Positions 46,882-56,508 of a stretch of 64,000 nt of DNA are shown here, piece by piece. The position numbers were made by a program, and so were the translations under genes. The stretch covers positions 6,934 through 70,933 of the IMG/VR virus record IMGVR_UViG_3300031539_010038; one strand, 5' to 3'. Each line of letters starts with the position of its first letter. Position 1 is the first letter of the stretch. The notes under the pieces are model-generated. The model worked only from the letters and a program-made list of their open reading frames with translations, was not told the origin of the DNA and searched no databases. This DNA is from a virus.

Positions 46882-47070
46882 ATGCATGAATCAAAAAAAG
46901 TAGAATTTATTAGTGAACTTTTATTAAGAGTTAAAAATTTGGAAGAATTGTTGATTAAAAACAATGTTTTGACGCGAGAGGAACTTAATGAAGGTTTTCA
47001 GACGTCTGTTCAGCAATTAACTGAAAGAGTTTTGCTATTGGCCGCGGAATCAAAGAAATCAAATAATTAG
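46882..47070 (+). CDS. Small hypothetical protein
   Basis: AGGA SD; LEELLIKNNVLTREE. Confidence 0.65.
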   Translation: MHESKKVEFISELLLRVKNLEELLIKNNVLTREELNEGFQTSVQQLTERVLLLAAESKKSNN

Positions 47071-47077
47071 GAGAAAT

Positions 47078-47389
47078 ATGCTTCACATTACAGAGGATAT
47101 GAGTTTAGATGTTAGTTCTGGTATTTATGCAATTAAATTTTGGGCTGACTGGTGTGGGCCTTGCAAAAAGATAAGTCCTCTTTTAACTCAATTAGAAACA
47201 GAATTTCCTAGCGTTAATTTCATATCTGTTGATACGGATGAAACGTCTTCATTGGCACAGAAGTATAAGGTTAGGACTCTGCCAACTGTATTATTCCTCA
47301 ATGATGGAGAAGAGGTAGAAAGAGTCACCGGAATGGCAATGATGGAGCCTTTACGAACATTATTCAAGGGTGTTACGTCAAAGCAGTGA
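47078..47389 (+). CDS. trxA: Thioredoxin
   Basis: FWADWCGPCK; cis-Pro motif TLPT. Confidence 0.95.
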   Translation: MLHITEDMSLDVSSGIYAIKFWADWCGPCKKISPLLTQLETEFPSVNFISVDTDETSSLAQKYKVRTLPTVLFLNDGEEVERVTGMAMMEPLRTLFKGVTSKQ

Positions 47390-47402
47390 TATAGAGGTAT
47401 TT

Positions 47403-47696
47403 ATGACGGAAACTAAGAAAGTAGAAAAAAGTACAGTATCTGATGATATTTGGTTCGAGATTAAAGATCTTCAGTTGCAAATGTTTGCCCTGCCTAATCA
47501 GAGAGTAAAGAAGCATGCTCAGAGAGTTAAGGTTTTACCCGATGTTTGTCACATTAAGATAGCATTCCCGGCTGTCCTACCGGCTTTGGAAAATGTATTA
47601 CTTGATAAGTATAATATTGAACAACATAATGACCTCTTATCTATTACTAGAAAAGAGACCACTAGTATGCCAAAACCGGAGCCATTAGAGCAGTGA
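47403..47696 (+). CDS. Hypothetical protein
   Basis: GAGG SD. Confidence 0.7.
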   Translation: MTETKKVEKSTVSDDIWFEIKDLQLQMFALPNQRVKKHAQRVKVLPDVCHIKIAFPAVLPALENVLLDKYNIEQHNDLLSITRKETTSMPKPEPLEQ

Positions 47697-47697
47697 T

Positions 47698-48156
47698 GTG
47701 GAGAATATAGAAAATTTATACTTAGTATTAGGATGCTTTGGACGTAGGGATGGTAAATTTATAAGCTGTCCTGGAGTGGATAATCCCATTCTGAATATAA
47801 ATTCAACTGCATTATTTAACTATAATGATATGATGAGTTACCTAGACTCTCATCGATTCTTTGACAAACCAATGTTTGATTATAATGGTGTTCGCCATTT
47901 GCTATTCAATTTGAGGGATAAATTTGAGCAGCCAGCCAAACCTCTTTGGTCTAATCAAGAATTTGATTTATTTCAGAAATTTATTATAAGCCATCGACAC
48001 TGTGGAACTTTTTTAAAGTTAGTCCTAGCAACAGAGAATGATATTCTTCCGGAAGATGAACCAAAAACAATTAGTATTAGTAAAACAGTCAATAAAGAAA
48101 TTGAAAGGCCAGAGGAGCAGAAAAGCAGTCTAAGGCTTATAAGAGGAAGAAGATGA
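47698..48156 (+). CDS. Hypothetical protein
   Basis: GTG start, within the operon. Confidence 0.7.
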   Translation: MENIENLYLVLGCFGRRDGKFISCPGVDNPILNINSTALFNYNDMMSYLDSHRFFDKPMFDYNGVRHLLFNLRDKFEQPAKPLWSNQEFDLFQKFIISHRHCGTFLKLVLATENDILPEDEPKTISISKTVNKEIERPEEQKSSLRLIRGRR

Positions 48157-48851
48157 TTAGTATTAATTCTAAATATTTAGAGATGTTATCTGATAAAGAT
48201 ATATCTAATATTGGTTGGGATAATATATCGAAATTTAATATGTCGAATGGATTTGTAAAAAAACATATTGATAAATTAGATTGGATTGAGCTTGAAAAGA
48301 AGAATCTAATTTCGGCTGAATTTAGGGAAGAGTGTCCCGACAAATTTAATGAAATGATGCTTTTATCAAGAGAAAAGGTTGTAAACAATTATATTGAAGA
48401 AATGATTAAGGGCAATTTCGGAAAAGACTGTTTATCTCAGCAATCAATATTTAATATCGTTCTTACAATGATAAGAAATCATCCGGTCTATTTTAACGAA
48501 AGCCTTCCTCTTCTTAAGTGGGAAATTGTTTCTTTAATTCCTAATATTCCTGATTGGTTTCTCAAAAGGTTTGAACATAAATTAAATTGGGAAACTATGT
48601 CTTGGAGCCAGGTCTTATCTGAGAGTTTTATTGAGGAAAATGCTGACAAGCTGAATTGGTCTTGGATCTGCCGCAATCAGAAGCTTTCTGAGGAATTTAT
48701 GAGGAAGAATAGCCATAGGATTGTATGGAAAGAGGTCTCTTGGGCTCAGGATTTATCTGAGCGATTTTTGGTAGATTTTGCAGGCAAGCTTGAATGGAAG
48801 CGAGTATTAAAGTATCAAAACGGCTCTTTTGGTAAGATATTTTCAATATGA
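48153..48851 (+). CDS. Tryptophan-repeat protein
   Basis: Repeats of KLNW..IS..Q.LSE.FI; N-terminal NSKY. Confidence 0.8.
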   Translation: MISINSKYLEMLSDKDISNIGWDNISKFNMSNGFVKKHIDKLDWIELEKKNLISAEFREECPDKFNEMMLLSREKVVNNYIEEMIKGNFGKDCLSQQSIFNIVLTMIRNHPVYFNESLPLLKWEIVSLIPNIPDWFLKRFEHKLNWETMSWSQVLSESFIEENADKLNWSWICRNQKLSEEFMRKNSHRIVWKEVSWAQDLSERFLVDFAGKLEWKRVLKYQNGSFGKIFSI

Positions 48852-48873
48852 TAATAATTTGCCATATTAAACA

Positions 48874-49110
48874 ATGGATTCTTTTAAATCAGCTCTTCGC
48901 AGAATGATCTTGAAAAAACTGGTAAACCAGATAGAGGCTGGCGAATTTAACACTTTAGTTCCGGATATAGAGAATATGTATCCTATGCATAAAAGCACCA
49001 GACAAGAATATCAAAGCCCATTAGATAGAAGCACTCATAATTATGGATATACTACCATAGGTGATGTTAGTACAGGGAAGATTGGCCCGGAAAATGAAGG
49101 GATTTTTTAA
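48874..49110 (+). CDS. Hypothetical protein
   Basis: ATA-N6-CATAT motif upstream. Confidence 0.65.
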   Translation: MDSFKSALRRMILKKLVNQIEAGEFNTLVPDIENMYPMHKSTRQEYQSPLDRSTHNYGYTTIGDVSTGKIGPENEGIF

Positions 49111-49505
49111 TGAAAACAATTACAGAAAGAATTTACGAGAGATTTCAGCTACAAGCCGATGAGGCCAGCAAGCAGGGGTTAACCAAGATTGCTCATAACC
49201 TTGAGCGGCAGCTCGCTGGAAGCTCAAAAAGAGACACTGAGGCCTCTTACGTCTATCCTGCCTCAGAGTTCAAGCAGGACATGGAAAGCGCGCTATGGCA
49301 GGCTGTAGTCCGTTGCGCGGACTATTATGATGCACCCATTGATGCTGAGTCTGCTCAAGAGGTTGTGGAGAAGTATGCTGAAGACTTTGTTAGAGATCTC
49401 AGAGCAGTGGCCAGAATAAAAGCAGATGTTGGAGCTTATGAGCAAATTCTGGTTGGAGAAAATAGAGAATATACCACATTAGAGGTATCAGAAGACGATG
49501 AGTAA
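49110..49505 (+). CDS. Hypothetical protein
   Basis: TAATG overlap. Confidence 0.75.
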   Translation: MKTITERIYERFQLQADEASKQGLTKIAHNLERQLAGSSKRDTEASYVYPASEFKQDMESALWQAVVRCADYYDAPIDAESAQEVVEKYAEDFVRDLRAVARIKADVGAYEQILVGENREYTTLEVSEDDE

Positions 49506-49974
49506 TTCAGATCCAGGCCACCTGGCAGATAAAGAGATTGCCCCGAATATCAGGGGGGTAAAATTAGATTCCAAAAAATCTAGATTTACTCAAGAAATAC
49601 AAAAAAAAGAAGAATTTCAAGAGCAAGCACAAAAAACTTTTAATAAATCTCAAGAAAAGAAAATGGAAGCTTTTGAGCTAACCAAACAGTTTTTAGAGAT
49701 ATTTAGAAAAAAAGTCCTGCCTGAAAATAAAGGACCAATGGAGAAAGAAATTGAAATAGAGGTTCTTTCAAAATTGGTCCAGTGGGGGCTTGATGCCAAT
49801 AATGATTCAGATGAGCTTGAGGGAGCCGGTTCCATGGGAATCATCACATTGCTTCTAAAGATTGTTCTGGTCATTAGAGATAAAAATAACATTTTATCTT
49901 ATACGACAAATCAATTAGAAGACAAGGTAAAGTCCCTGGAGCTAAGATTAAAAGCGCTGGAGAGGACCGAATAA
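49498..49974 (+). CDS. Hypothetical coiled-coil protein
   Basis: ORF within the operon. Confidence 0.75.
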   Translation: MSNSDPGHLADKEIAPNIRGVKLDSKKSRFTQEIQKKEEFQEQAQKTFNKSQEKKMEAFELTKQFLEIFRKKVLPENKGPMEKEIEIEVLSKLVQWGLDANNDSDELEGAGSMGIITLLLKIVLVIRDKNNILSYTTNQLEDKVKSLELRLKALERTE

Positions 49975-49979
49975 TCCTT

Positions 49980-50210
49980 ATGTCTAAACCAATTAAAGAT
50001 ATCTCTAAAGCATATTTAATGCAATTATTGGTTCGAGAGAAAGAACAGTATCAAGCTTATACACAAGCATGTGCGCAATATCAAATAAATCCGGATCCGA
50101 TAGCAAAGTCTCGTTCGACGGGAAAAATAGAGCTGCTGGAAGAGATTTTATATGGGACGAGTTCTCTGGTGAAGATGAAGGGAAATCTAGAAGATTTCAA
50201 GCGAAGCTAA
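49980..50210 (+). CDS. Hypothetical protein
   Basis: 76-aa ORF overlapping the next gene. Confidence 0.65.
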   Translation: MSKPIKDISKAYLMQLLVREKEQYQAYTQACAQYQINPDPIAKSRSTGKIELLEEILYGTSSLVKMKGNLEDFKRS

Positions 50211-50746
50211 TTAAATTAGCTAATAGAAAAGTTCATCTTTCTGATGTGATGCAGAGATATTCTATCTCTTTTCAGAAAAGATATTCAACGACAGGGTGGA
50301 GTCACATAGCGAAGTGCCCCTTTCCTGATCATACAGAAAATACTCCATCCTTTAATTATAATCCTAGGAATGGGGTATTTAATTGTTTTGGATGCCAAAG
50401 GGGCGGCCAAGCCGTCCAATTCTTGGCCGTAATGGATAATGATAGTCAAATTAGTACGGCTAGAAAAATATTAGGCTCAAACTTTGATACTCAAGAAATT
50501 ATAACACGATTAGAGGATGATAATGAAGAAGCTATAGTAAAGAAGCTTTACTCATTTTCGGACGCTATCCGTAACTTTAATAAAAAATATGAATTTGCAA
50601 AAGATGCTACAGAATATAGTGAGACTATTTCTTGGGTATTAGACCTCTATCTATATAGAGCCGTCCCGGCCAATCAACTTCATTTAAATGAATTATCAAT
50701 AAGAATAGATAGGCTTTTAGCCTATTTGGAGATATATGACAACTAG
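50069..50746 (+). CDS. Stand-alone DnaG-type CHC2 zinc-finger protein (primase N-domain, no TOPRIM)
   Basis: CPFPDH.ENTPSF...FNCFGCQRGG. Confidence 0.85.
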   Translation: MCAISNKSGSDSKVSFDGKNRAAGRDFIWDEFSGEDEGKSRRFQAKLIKLANRKVHLSDVMQRYSISFQKRYSTTGWSHIAKCPFPDHTENTPSFNYNPRNGVFNCFGCQRGGQAVQFLAVMDNDSQISTARKILGSNFDTQEIITRLEDDNEEAIVKKLYSFSDAIRNFNKKYEFAKDATEYSETISWVLDLYLYRAVPANQLHLNELSIRIDRLLAYLEIYDN

Positions 50747-51932
50747 TCTTATAATAGGTGACATACACCTAGGAGCAGGCCTCAATCTTGGAAGGCCAGG
50801 AATAGGCTCAAGATATAATAGCCGGGTGTCCGATCAAGTCAATCTATTGGAGTGGATAACCTCCGTGGCTGAGGAAAATTATGTCCATGATGTTATTTTA
50901 ACAGGAGACATCTTTGAAGACGTAAAGCCAGATTACGTTCTGGTTAATATATTTTTAGAATTTCTTAACAAATTGAGAGCACTTAATATTGAAACCCATG
51001 TAATTATGGGAAATCATGATCTGAGCAGAATGGGCTCTTATTATTCTTCTGTCTTAGATTTTATCAGCTCTTCCGAAATACCATTGGTGCATTTCTATAA
51101 AAATATAGAAACTCTTAATTATAAAGGAGTTTCGTATACCTTTGCTCCATTCAGAGATAGGCTGTCCTTAGAGGTTGGCACACTCGGTGAGGCTATAAAT
51201 AAAGTACAAAAAGTGTTAGGGTATGAGACTATTTTCATTCCGGAGGAAAATGTTAAAGTCCTAATAGGTCATTTGGCATTAAAGGGTTCTATGCCCGTGG
51301 GTGACGAGCTGGGCGATGAAATAAATGAAATCATGTGCCCTATGAGCTTATTCGAAGAGTATGATTATGTGTGGATGGGCCATGTTCATAAACCTCAAGT
51401 CTTAAATAAGACTCCAAGAATTGCTCATATAGGAAGTTTGGATATTTCTGATTTTGGAGAAACAGATCATAAAAAAATAGTGGTTCTATTTAACCCAACA
51501 TGGGATGAAAAATTTAAGGAGATTGAAGTTCCTTCTCGCCCACTAAGACGTCTGCGTGTAGATATACCAGACAACGTTGATGCAACATCTTTTTTAATTG
51601 AAAAAATAGATGAAGAGCATAAAAATACTAATCTGAAATCATCCTACACAAAATTAGAGATTAAATATCTATCTCCAGACATACCAGGTGTAGATAGGAA
51701 AAGAATAGCTGAATATCTAAAAAAGCTTAAAGTATTTCATATCTCTGGATTCGCAGAGACTCGTGCCCCAGCTAAGCTGATAGTCAATCAGGCTGTATTA
51801 AAAGATGATATCCTTCCAAAGGATGCTATCCCGGCCATCGCCAAAACGTTAGGTATTTCTAAGAAAAAAGAAAAAGACTTTAATGAATATGCATTCCAGA
51901 TATTGGCAAAATATAATTTAAAGAAAAAATAG
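50736..51932 (+). CDS. sbcD: SbcD/Mre11-like nuclease
   Basis: GDIHLG, TGDIFE, GNHD, MGHVHKPQ, GSL..SDFGE. Confidence 0.92.
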   Translation: MTTSLIIGDIHLGAGLNLGRPGIGSRYNSRVSDQVNLLEWITSVAEENYVHDVILTGDIFEDVKPDYVLVNIFLEFLNKLRALNIETHVIMGNHDLSRMGSYYSSVLDFISSSEIPLVHFYKNIETLNYKGVSYTFAPFRDRLSLEVGTLGEAINKVQKVLGYETIFIPEENVKVLIGHLALKGSMPVGDELGDEINEIMCPMSLFEEYDYVWMGHVHKPQVLNKTPRIAHIGSLDISDFGETDHKKIVVLFNPTWDEKFKEIEVPSRPLRRLRVDIPDNVDATSFLIEKIDEEHKNTNLKSSYTKLEIKYLSPDIPGVDRKRIAEYLKKLKVFHISGFAETRAPAKLIVNQAVLKDDILPKDAIPAIAKTLGISKKKEKDFNEYAFQILAKYNLKKK

Positions 51933-51941
51933 ATTGGTATA

Positions 51942-52136
51942 ATGAAACACATTCATAGTAAGTATTTTATGCTTCTTCCAGAAGGTCTACAAAAAAATTA
52001 CATCAATAGTATCGAGGCCATACAACTCAATACTATTGACGGGCTTATAGTGGATTCATCTAAATCATTTATTGTAAAAAAATGGAATAAACAGAGTTAT
52101 AAGCAATTTACAGATTTGCTTCTGGAAATAAAATAA
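51942..52136 (+). CDS. Small protein, HxKY family, located between sbcD and sbcC
   Basis: MKHIHSKYFML. Confidence 0.6.
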   Translation: MKHIHSKYFMLLPEGLQKNYINSIEAIQLNTIDGLIVDSSKSFIVKKWNKQSYKQFTDLLLEIK

Positions 52137-54284
52137 ATGGATATATTACGAATAGTATTAAAAGATTTCGCTAGCCATGCTCTAACCGATATTGATTGTA
52201 CTCAATTTAAAAGTGCAATTATCGTTGGACAACAAGACAATAATCCATGGCTATCTAATGGTGTAGGAAAAACAAACATTTTCTATGGTATAGACTTTGC
52301 TTTGTTTGGCAAATCACCATATACTAATTTAGATAACACTATAAGAGATGGACAAATAAAATGTGAAGTTACATTGGAATTTAAAATAGATAATAAGATA
52401 TATAAAGTATTAAGATCCCGGACATTAAAGACTGGAACTGAAATTAAACTTTGGGAAAAGCATGGATCGAAATGGGTCTCAATAGCTGAAAGAACAGCGA
52501 AGGCCACAACCCAGATCTTGGCAGATATAATTAAGATAGATTATGACACATTTCATAACTCTGTTCTTTTTGAGCAAGTAGATTTAGATGGGACCAAAGG
52601 CCTGGCCTCAGCGTCAGCCACAGGAAGAATCAATATACTTAAGCATGCATTAAATATTGAATTTTATGATAAATTGTATAAAATTGCAAAAGATGATGAA
52701 AAAGAAATAGTTCATGAATTAAATGAACTATTACAAAAGAAAGAGTCACTAGGAGATCCAAATAAGAATATTGAAGAGGATGAATGCGAACTTCTGAAAA
52801 ATGAAGATATTCTGCGTGAGACAGAGCTTAAAAAAGAGCAATTATTCAATGATATTGAAGATGCCAAAGCACGACTTTTTCAATCCAAAAATCTTAAAGC
52901 CCTGATATGTTCTAAAATAAAATTAGAGAACGATCTTCTCTTATTAGAAGAAAAGATTCAGAAATATAATATAGAAGAACTTGATAAGAAGATGATTAAT
53001 ATTCAGAAGGAAATAGGTTCCTTCGAAGAATATTTAGCCGAGGCCAAGTCACAAATAACTTCCCAGTCAAATATTAACATTGTTGATATTCAAAATCAGG
53101 TAAAGGTTCTCTCTGAGCAGGAGAATAAGATTCTATGGAATAGAAATAATCTTTCTCAAGAAATAAAAAGATTAGATTCACCTCTTCCTACCGATGACGA
53201 ATGTCCAGTATGTTTTACATCTTTAACTAAAGATTATAAGCTTGAAAAACAACGGGAAAGATTATGTGCTCAACATGAACTAAGCGAGGAGCTAGCAAAA
53301 TATAATGTTGAGATATCTAAGATCGGCTCCGAAAAACAAAAGTTAGAAGCCATAAGACTTCAGGCAGAGCAAGATATCTTTTCTAAAGAAGCCTTAGAGC
53401 GTAAGATTAATAAGTATAGCAATCTAATATATAATTATACTACAGATCTTAGTCATGTGAAAGATAGGAAAAAAGAAGTCCTGATATACCTTAATGAGGA
53501 TACTAAAGAGCATGACTCCTTAACTAAGGAGTATAATAACCTTCTTAAAAAAGTGACAGAGTATGACTTTTCCCAAGAGGAAATGCTTCAATTGGAAAGC
53601 AAGGTTGCCTCTTCAGGCGAAAAGCTCACTCAATATTCGAGGGATATAGATTTTTTAAATACAAAAAAGGGAGCGTATCTTGAAAAGATAAGTCAGGAAA
53701 AGTTAAAGATAAATCTATTTGAGGAGCTTGTTCTAAAAATTAAAAAAATAGAGTATAAGCTAGAGATATCTCAAATGGTGAAGCGTGCATTCGGCCCCTC
53801 AGGAATTCCCAGCATGATTATTCAAACGGTTTTAGATGATCTCCAGCTTGAAGCTAACTCATTATTAAATGATCTTAGGCCAGGCATTGAAATCAGATTC
53901 TCTCTTGTAAAGGAGAGATCGGATGGAGAATTAGATAATACATTAAATATTATCTATTTCTTTCATGGAAAAGAAAAAGAATATAAGCAGCTCTCTGGTG
54001 GTCAGAAACTTTTGGTGGCACTTTGCCTTAAAATGGCTCTATCTAAGATCATCCAAAATAAACTTGGGATTAATATACAGTTCTTGGAATTAGATGAAGT
54101 GGACCAATCATTGGACAGAGCTGGGACAGAAATGTTAGCAGAGATCATTAAAAAATGGCACAATAAGTTTAAAATATTCATAATTACTCATAATGATTGG
54201 CTAAAGGGAAAGTTTTCCCATGCAATTGTTGTAAACTATGATATGGAGTCAGGCTCAAATGCTGAATTAAGGACAACATGGTAA
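52137..54284 (+). CDS. sbcC: SbcC/Rad50-like ATPase
   Basis: NGVGKT Walker A, CPVC zinc hook, LSGGQ signature, LDEVD Walker B, ITH. Confidence 0.93.
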   Translation: MDILRIVLKDFASHALTDIDCTQFKSAIIVGQQDNNPWLSNGVGKTNIFYGIDFALFGKSPYTNLDNTIRDGQIKCEVTLEFKIDNKIYKVLRSRTLKTGTEIKLWEKHGSKWVSIAERTAKATTQILADIIKIDYDTFHNSVLFEQVDLDGTKGLASASATGRINILKHALNIEFYDKLYKIAKDDEKEIVHELNELLQKKESLGDPNKNIEEDECELLKNEDILRETELKKEQLFNDIEDAKARLFQSKNLKALICSKIKLENDLLLLEEKIQKYNIEELDKKMINIQKEIGSFEEYLAEAKSQITSQSNINIVDIQNQVKVLSEQENKILWNRNNLSQEIKRLDSPLPTDDECPVCFTSLTKDYKLEKQRERLCAQHELSEELAKYNVEISKIGSEKQKLEAIRLQAEQDIFSKEALERKINKYSNLIYNYTTDLSHVKDRKKEVLIYLNEDTKEHDSLTKEYNNLLKKVTEYDFSQEEMLQLESKVASSGEKLTQYSRDIDFLNTKKGAYLEKISQEKLKINLFEELVLKIKKIEYKLEISQMVKRAFGPSGIPSMIIQTVLDDLQLEANSLLNDLRPGIEIRFSLVKERSDGELDNTLNIIYFFHGKEKEYKQLSGGQKLLVALCLKMALSKIIQNKLGINIQFLELDEVDQSLDRAGTEMLAEIIKKWHNKFKIFIITHNDWLKGKFSHAIVVNYDMESGSNAELRTTW

Positions 54285-54877
54285 ATAGAATAGCAATAAG
54301 TGGAAAAGCCAACACGGGCAAGACAACGATAGCAAAACATGCTAAATCTTATTTAGAATCAAAAGATTCTCAAAAATATAATACAAAACTTGCGAGCTTT
54401 GCAGATCCAATGAAGCACATTGCTAAGCTTATGTTTCCTGATATTTTATTGGAAACCCTATGGGGACCATCAGAAAATAGAGAACGAATGGTAGTTGGAG
54501 CCATGAATATGGAAAAGGGATGTCCATTGGCCGCCCGACAGCTATTGTTAGATCTTGGCAAATTCGGTAGAGAAAAAAGCATGGATGTCTGGGTGAATGC
54601 CACCCTAAAGCCACTAGAGGGGGCAATATCTAAAGACAAAACCATAGTAGCCCTGATAGATGATCTTAGATTTAGAAATGAATTTGATAAATGTAGGACC
54701 ATGGGGTATACTTTAATCAGAATACACCGTCCGAATAATCAAAAGATCATTGATGATATTAGTGAAACAGACCTTGATAATGTGCCAAACTCAGCGTTCG
54801 ACCATATTATTTACAATGATGAAGATTTAGATGCCCTTACCCTCAAAATAGAGGGTATATTAGACAGTATATTGTGA
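54278..54877 (+). CDS. Deoxynucleoside monophosphate kinase
   Basis: ISGKANTGKTT, SFADPMK, RQLL..LG, DDLRFRNE. Confidence 0.88.
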   Translation: MVNRIAISGKANTGKTTIAKHAKSYLESKDSQKYNTKLASFADPMKHIAKLMFPDILLETLWGPSENRERMVVGAMNMEKGCPLAARQLLLDLGKFGREKSMDVWVNATLKPLEGAISKDKTIVALIDDLRFRNEFDKCRTMGYTLIRIHRPNNQKIIDDISETDLDNVPNSAFDHIIYNDEDLDALTLKIEGILDSIL

Positions 54878-54902
54878 TGTGTGGATAAAATGACATACGA
54901 CT

Positions 54903-55223
54903 ATGGCTCCTCCAATATCAAATGCATTAAAAGAAAAATATAGAAAGATGCTTCAGAATGAGGGTGAAGAAGGGATCTATAAGACTTTCATTGGTGCTGG
55001 GATGCTTCATCTTCAGCAATCTATTTCTTCATCTGAAGATAATATAGATGTAGTATTATTGGACCGGGCGGAAATGTTTTTTGATATTTATAGAAAAACA
55101 AATGATGATGACTTTTTTATACTTGGTAAGGCATGTAGACGTGCCGGGCATACCTTATACAGGCTGCTCTTAAACCAAAATAAAAGAAATCCAAATTTTG
55201 AAAGATTTTTAAACGCCGTCTGA
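54903..55223 (+). CDS. Hypothetical protein
   Basis: 106-aa ORF. Confidence 0.7.
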   Translation: MAPPISNALKEKYRKMLQNEGEEGIYKTFIGAGMLHLQQSISSSEDNIDVVLLDRAEMFFDIYRKTNDDDFFILGKACRRAGHTLYRLLLNQNKRNPNFERFLNAV

Positions 55224-55224
55224 T

Positions 55225-56211
55225 ATGCCAGTAATTACAATAACAATAGTAGAGTCTAGCAGACAAATTGTCTCAGGAATTCCACAAAACGTAACACTAG
55301 AGTCGAGCGTGCCTGCTACGATATTCTTTACTTTGGACGGATCCGATCCCGACATGAATTCTGAAATTGCCGTGGGGCCCATAGCTATACCAACGAATAA
55401 ATCTTCTGCCATATTAAAGATATTAGCCACCGATGGGGTGGATTCCTCTGGAATTATTACTCAAATATATTCTCCGGACATTACTTCAATTAGAAACTTT
55501 TGGGATAAAGTAACGAATACCGGGGGGACATCAAAGGACATTTTCCCATTTGGAAGCCCAACATCTGGCCCAAACTTTACATACGGAAATGTTGCTGTTC
55601 CCCCGGTCGATTCTCTTGAGATAGTTGGTATTCCGGATGGATATGATGGGACAGGGACAGGAACGCATTCTAATGAAACTGATAGAGAATTAAGTTCCTA
55701 TGAAATTGTATTTTCAGAGACCAACTTTAAAGGAGAGCGAGGGCATGGGATAGGAACATTGCCTGCCCAAATCTATATTAGACCCCCAAATCATCCAGAT
55801 CAACAATTGCAATCCTCATTAAGCGAAAGATTATTCAATCCGAGAGCAATGGTTATTCTGCAAGATGCCACGAAATCATCTGAGAATGATGATATTATTC
55901 ATATAAATAGACAACACTTTTCTTTAGCAGATACGGAAAATGTAAAAGCTGGAGCTTTATTGAATACTTCAGGAGAGGATAGCCTTGGGGCGACAGGCAC
56001 CTTTCTTAAGTCTTATTATAATCCTAAAGAAAATACTATGACTTATTATTATTTTGATAGCGCTACCCTGAGATGGATTATCTCTAAAGAGCCGTTCACA
56101 CCGAAGAAACCTGCAATTAATAACTTTGGAAAAATCGTCTTTTCTTCGAGAGGGACTCACTCTAATAAAGTATTTAAGTGGATGCCTTTTAAGCGCTCAA
56201 GACTAATATAA
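55225..56211 (+). CDS. Putative structural protein with N-terminal Fn3-associated (chitobiase C-terminal-like) domain
   Basis: VTLES..PATIFFTLDGSDP...PI.I. Confidence 0.65.
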   Translation: MPVITITIVESSRQIVSGIPQNVTLESSVPATIFFTLDGSDPDMNSEIAVGPIAIPTNKSSAILKILATDGVDSSGIITQIYSPDITSIRNFWDKVTNTGGTSKDIFPFGSPTSGPNFTYGNVAVPPVDSLEIVGIPDGYDGTGTGTHSNETDRELSSYEIVFSETNFKGERGHGIGTLPAQIYIRPPNHPDQQLQSSLSERLFNPRAMVILQDATKSSENDDIIHINRQHFSLADTENVKAGALLNTSGEDSLGATGTFLKSYYNPKENTMTYYYFDSATLRWIISKEPFTPKKPAINNFGKIVFSSRGTHSNKVFKWMPFKRSRLI

Positions 56212-56262
56212 TCAAACACCAAGATTGTTTGGGAATGTCTTTCTGGCAGAAAGAAGAATAGT

Positions 56263-56478
56263 ATGGCTGATATGGCTGACGGTCGTTGGTGTGATTTATG
56301 TGGTGATAATTTCACCATAGATAATATGGTATATGTCTGCTGCGGGACATATATTTGCGATGGCTGTATTTTGGTAGAGGCAGATAAAATAAAGCACAAA
56401 AGGAATAATATGAATAAGGATCGCCCTGATTGGGATGATGAGGATGTCCGAAAATCCCCAATACATGGGACTAAATAA
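56263..56478 (+). CDS. Small Cys-rich protein
   Basis: CDLC...CC...CDGC. Confidence 0.55.
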   Translation: MADMADGRWCDLCGDNFTIDNMVYVCCGTYICDGCILVEADKIKHKRNNMNKDRPDWDDEDVRKSPIHGTK

Positions 56479-56508
56479 TTTCTCATAGCAAGAGGCAAAA
56501 TAAAAATA

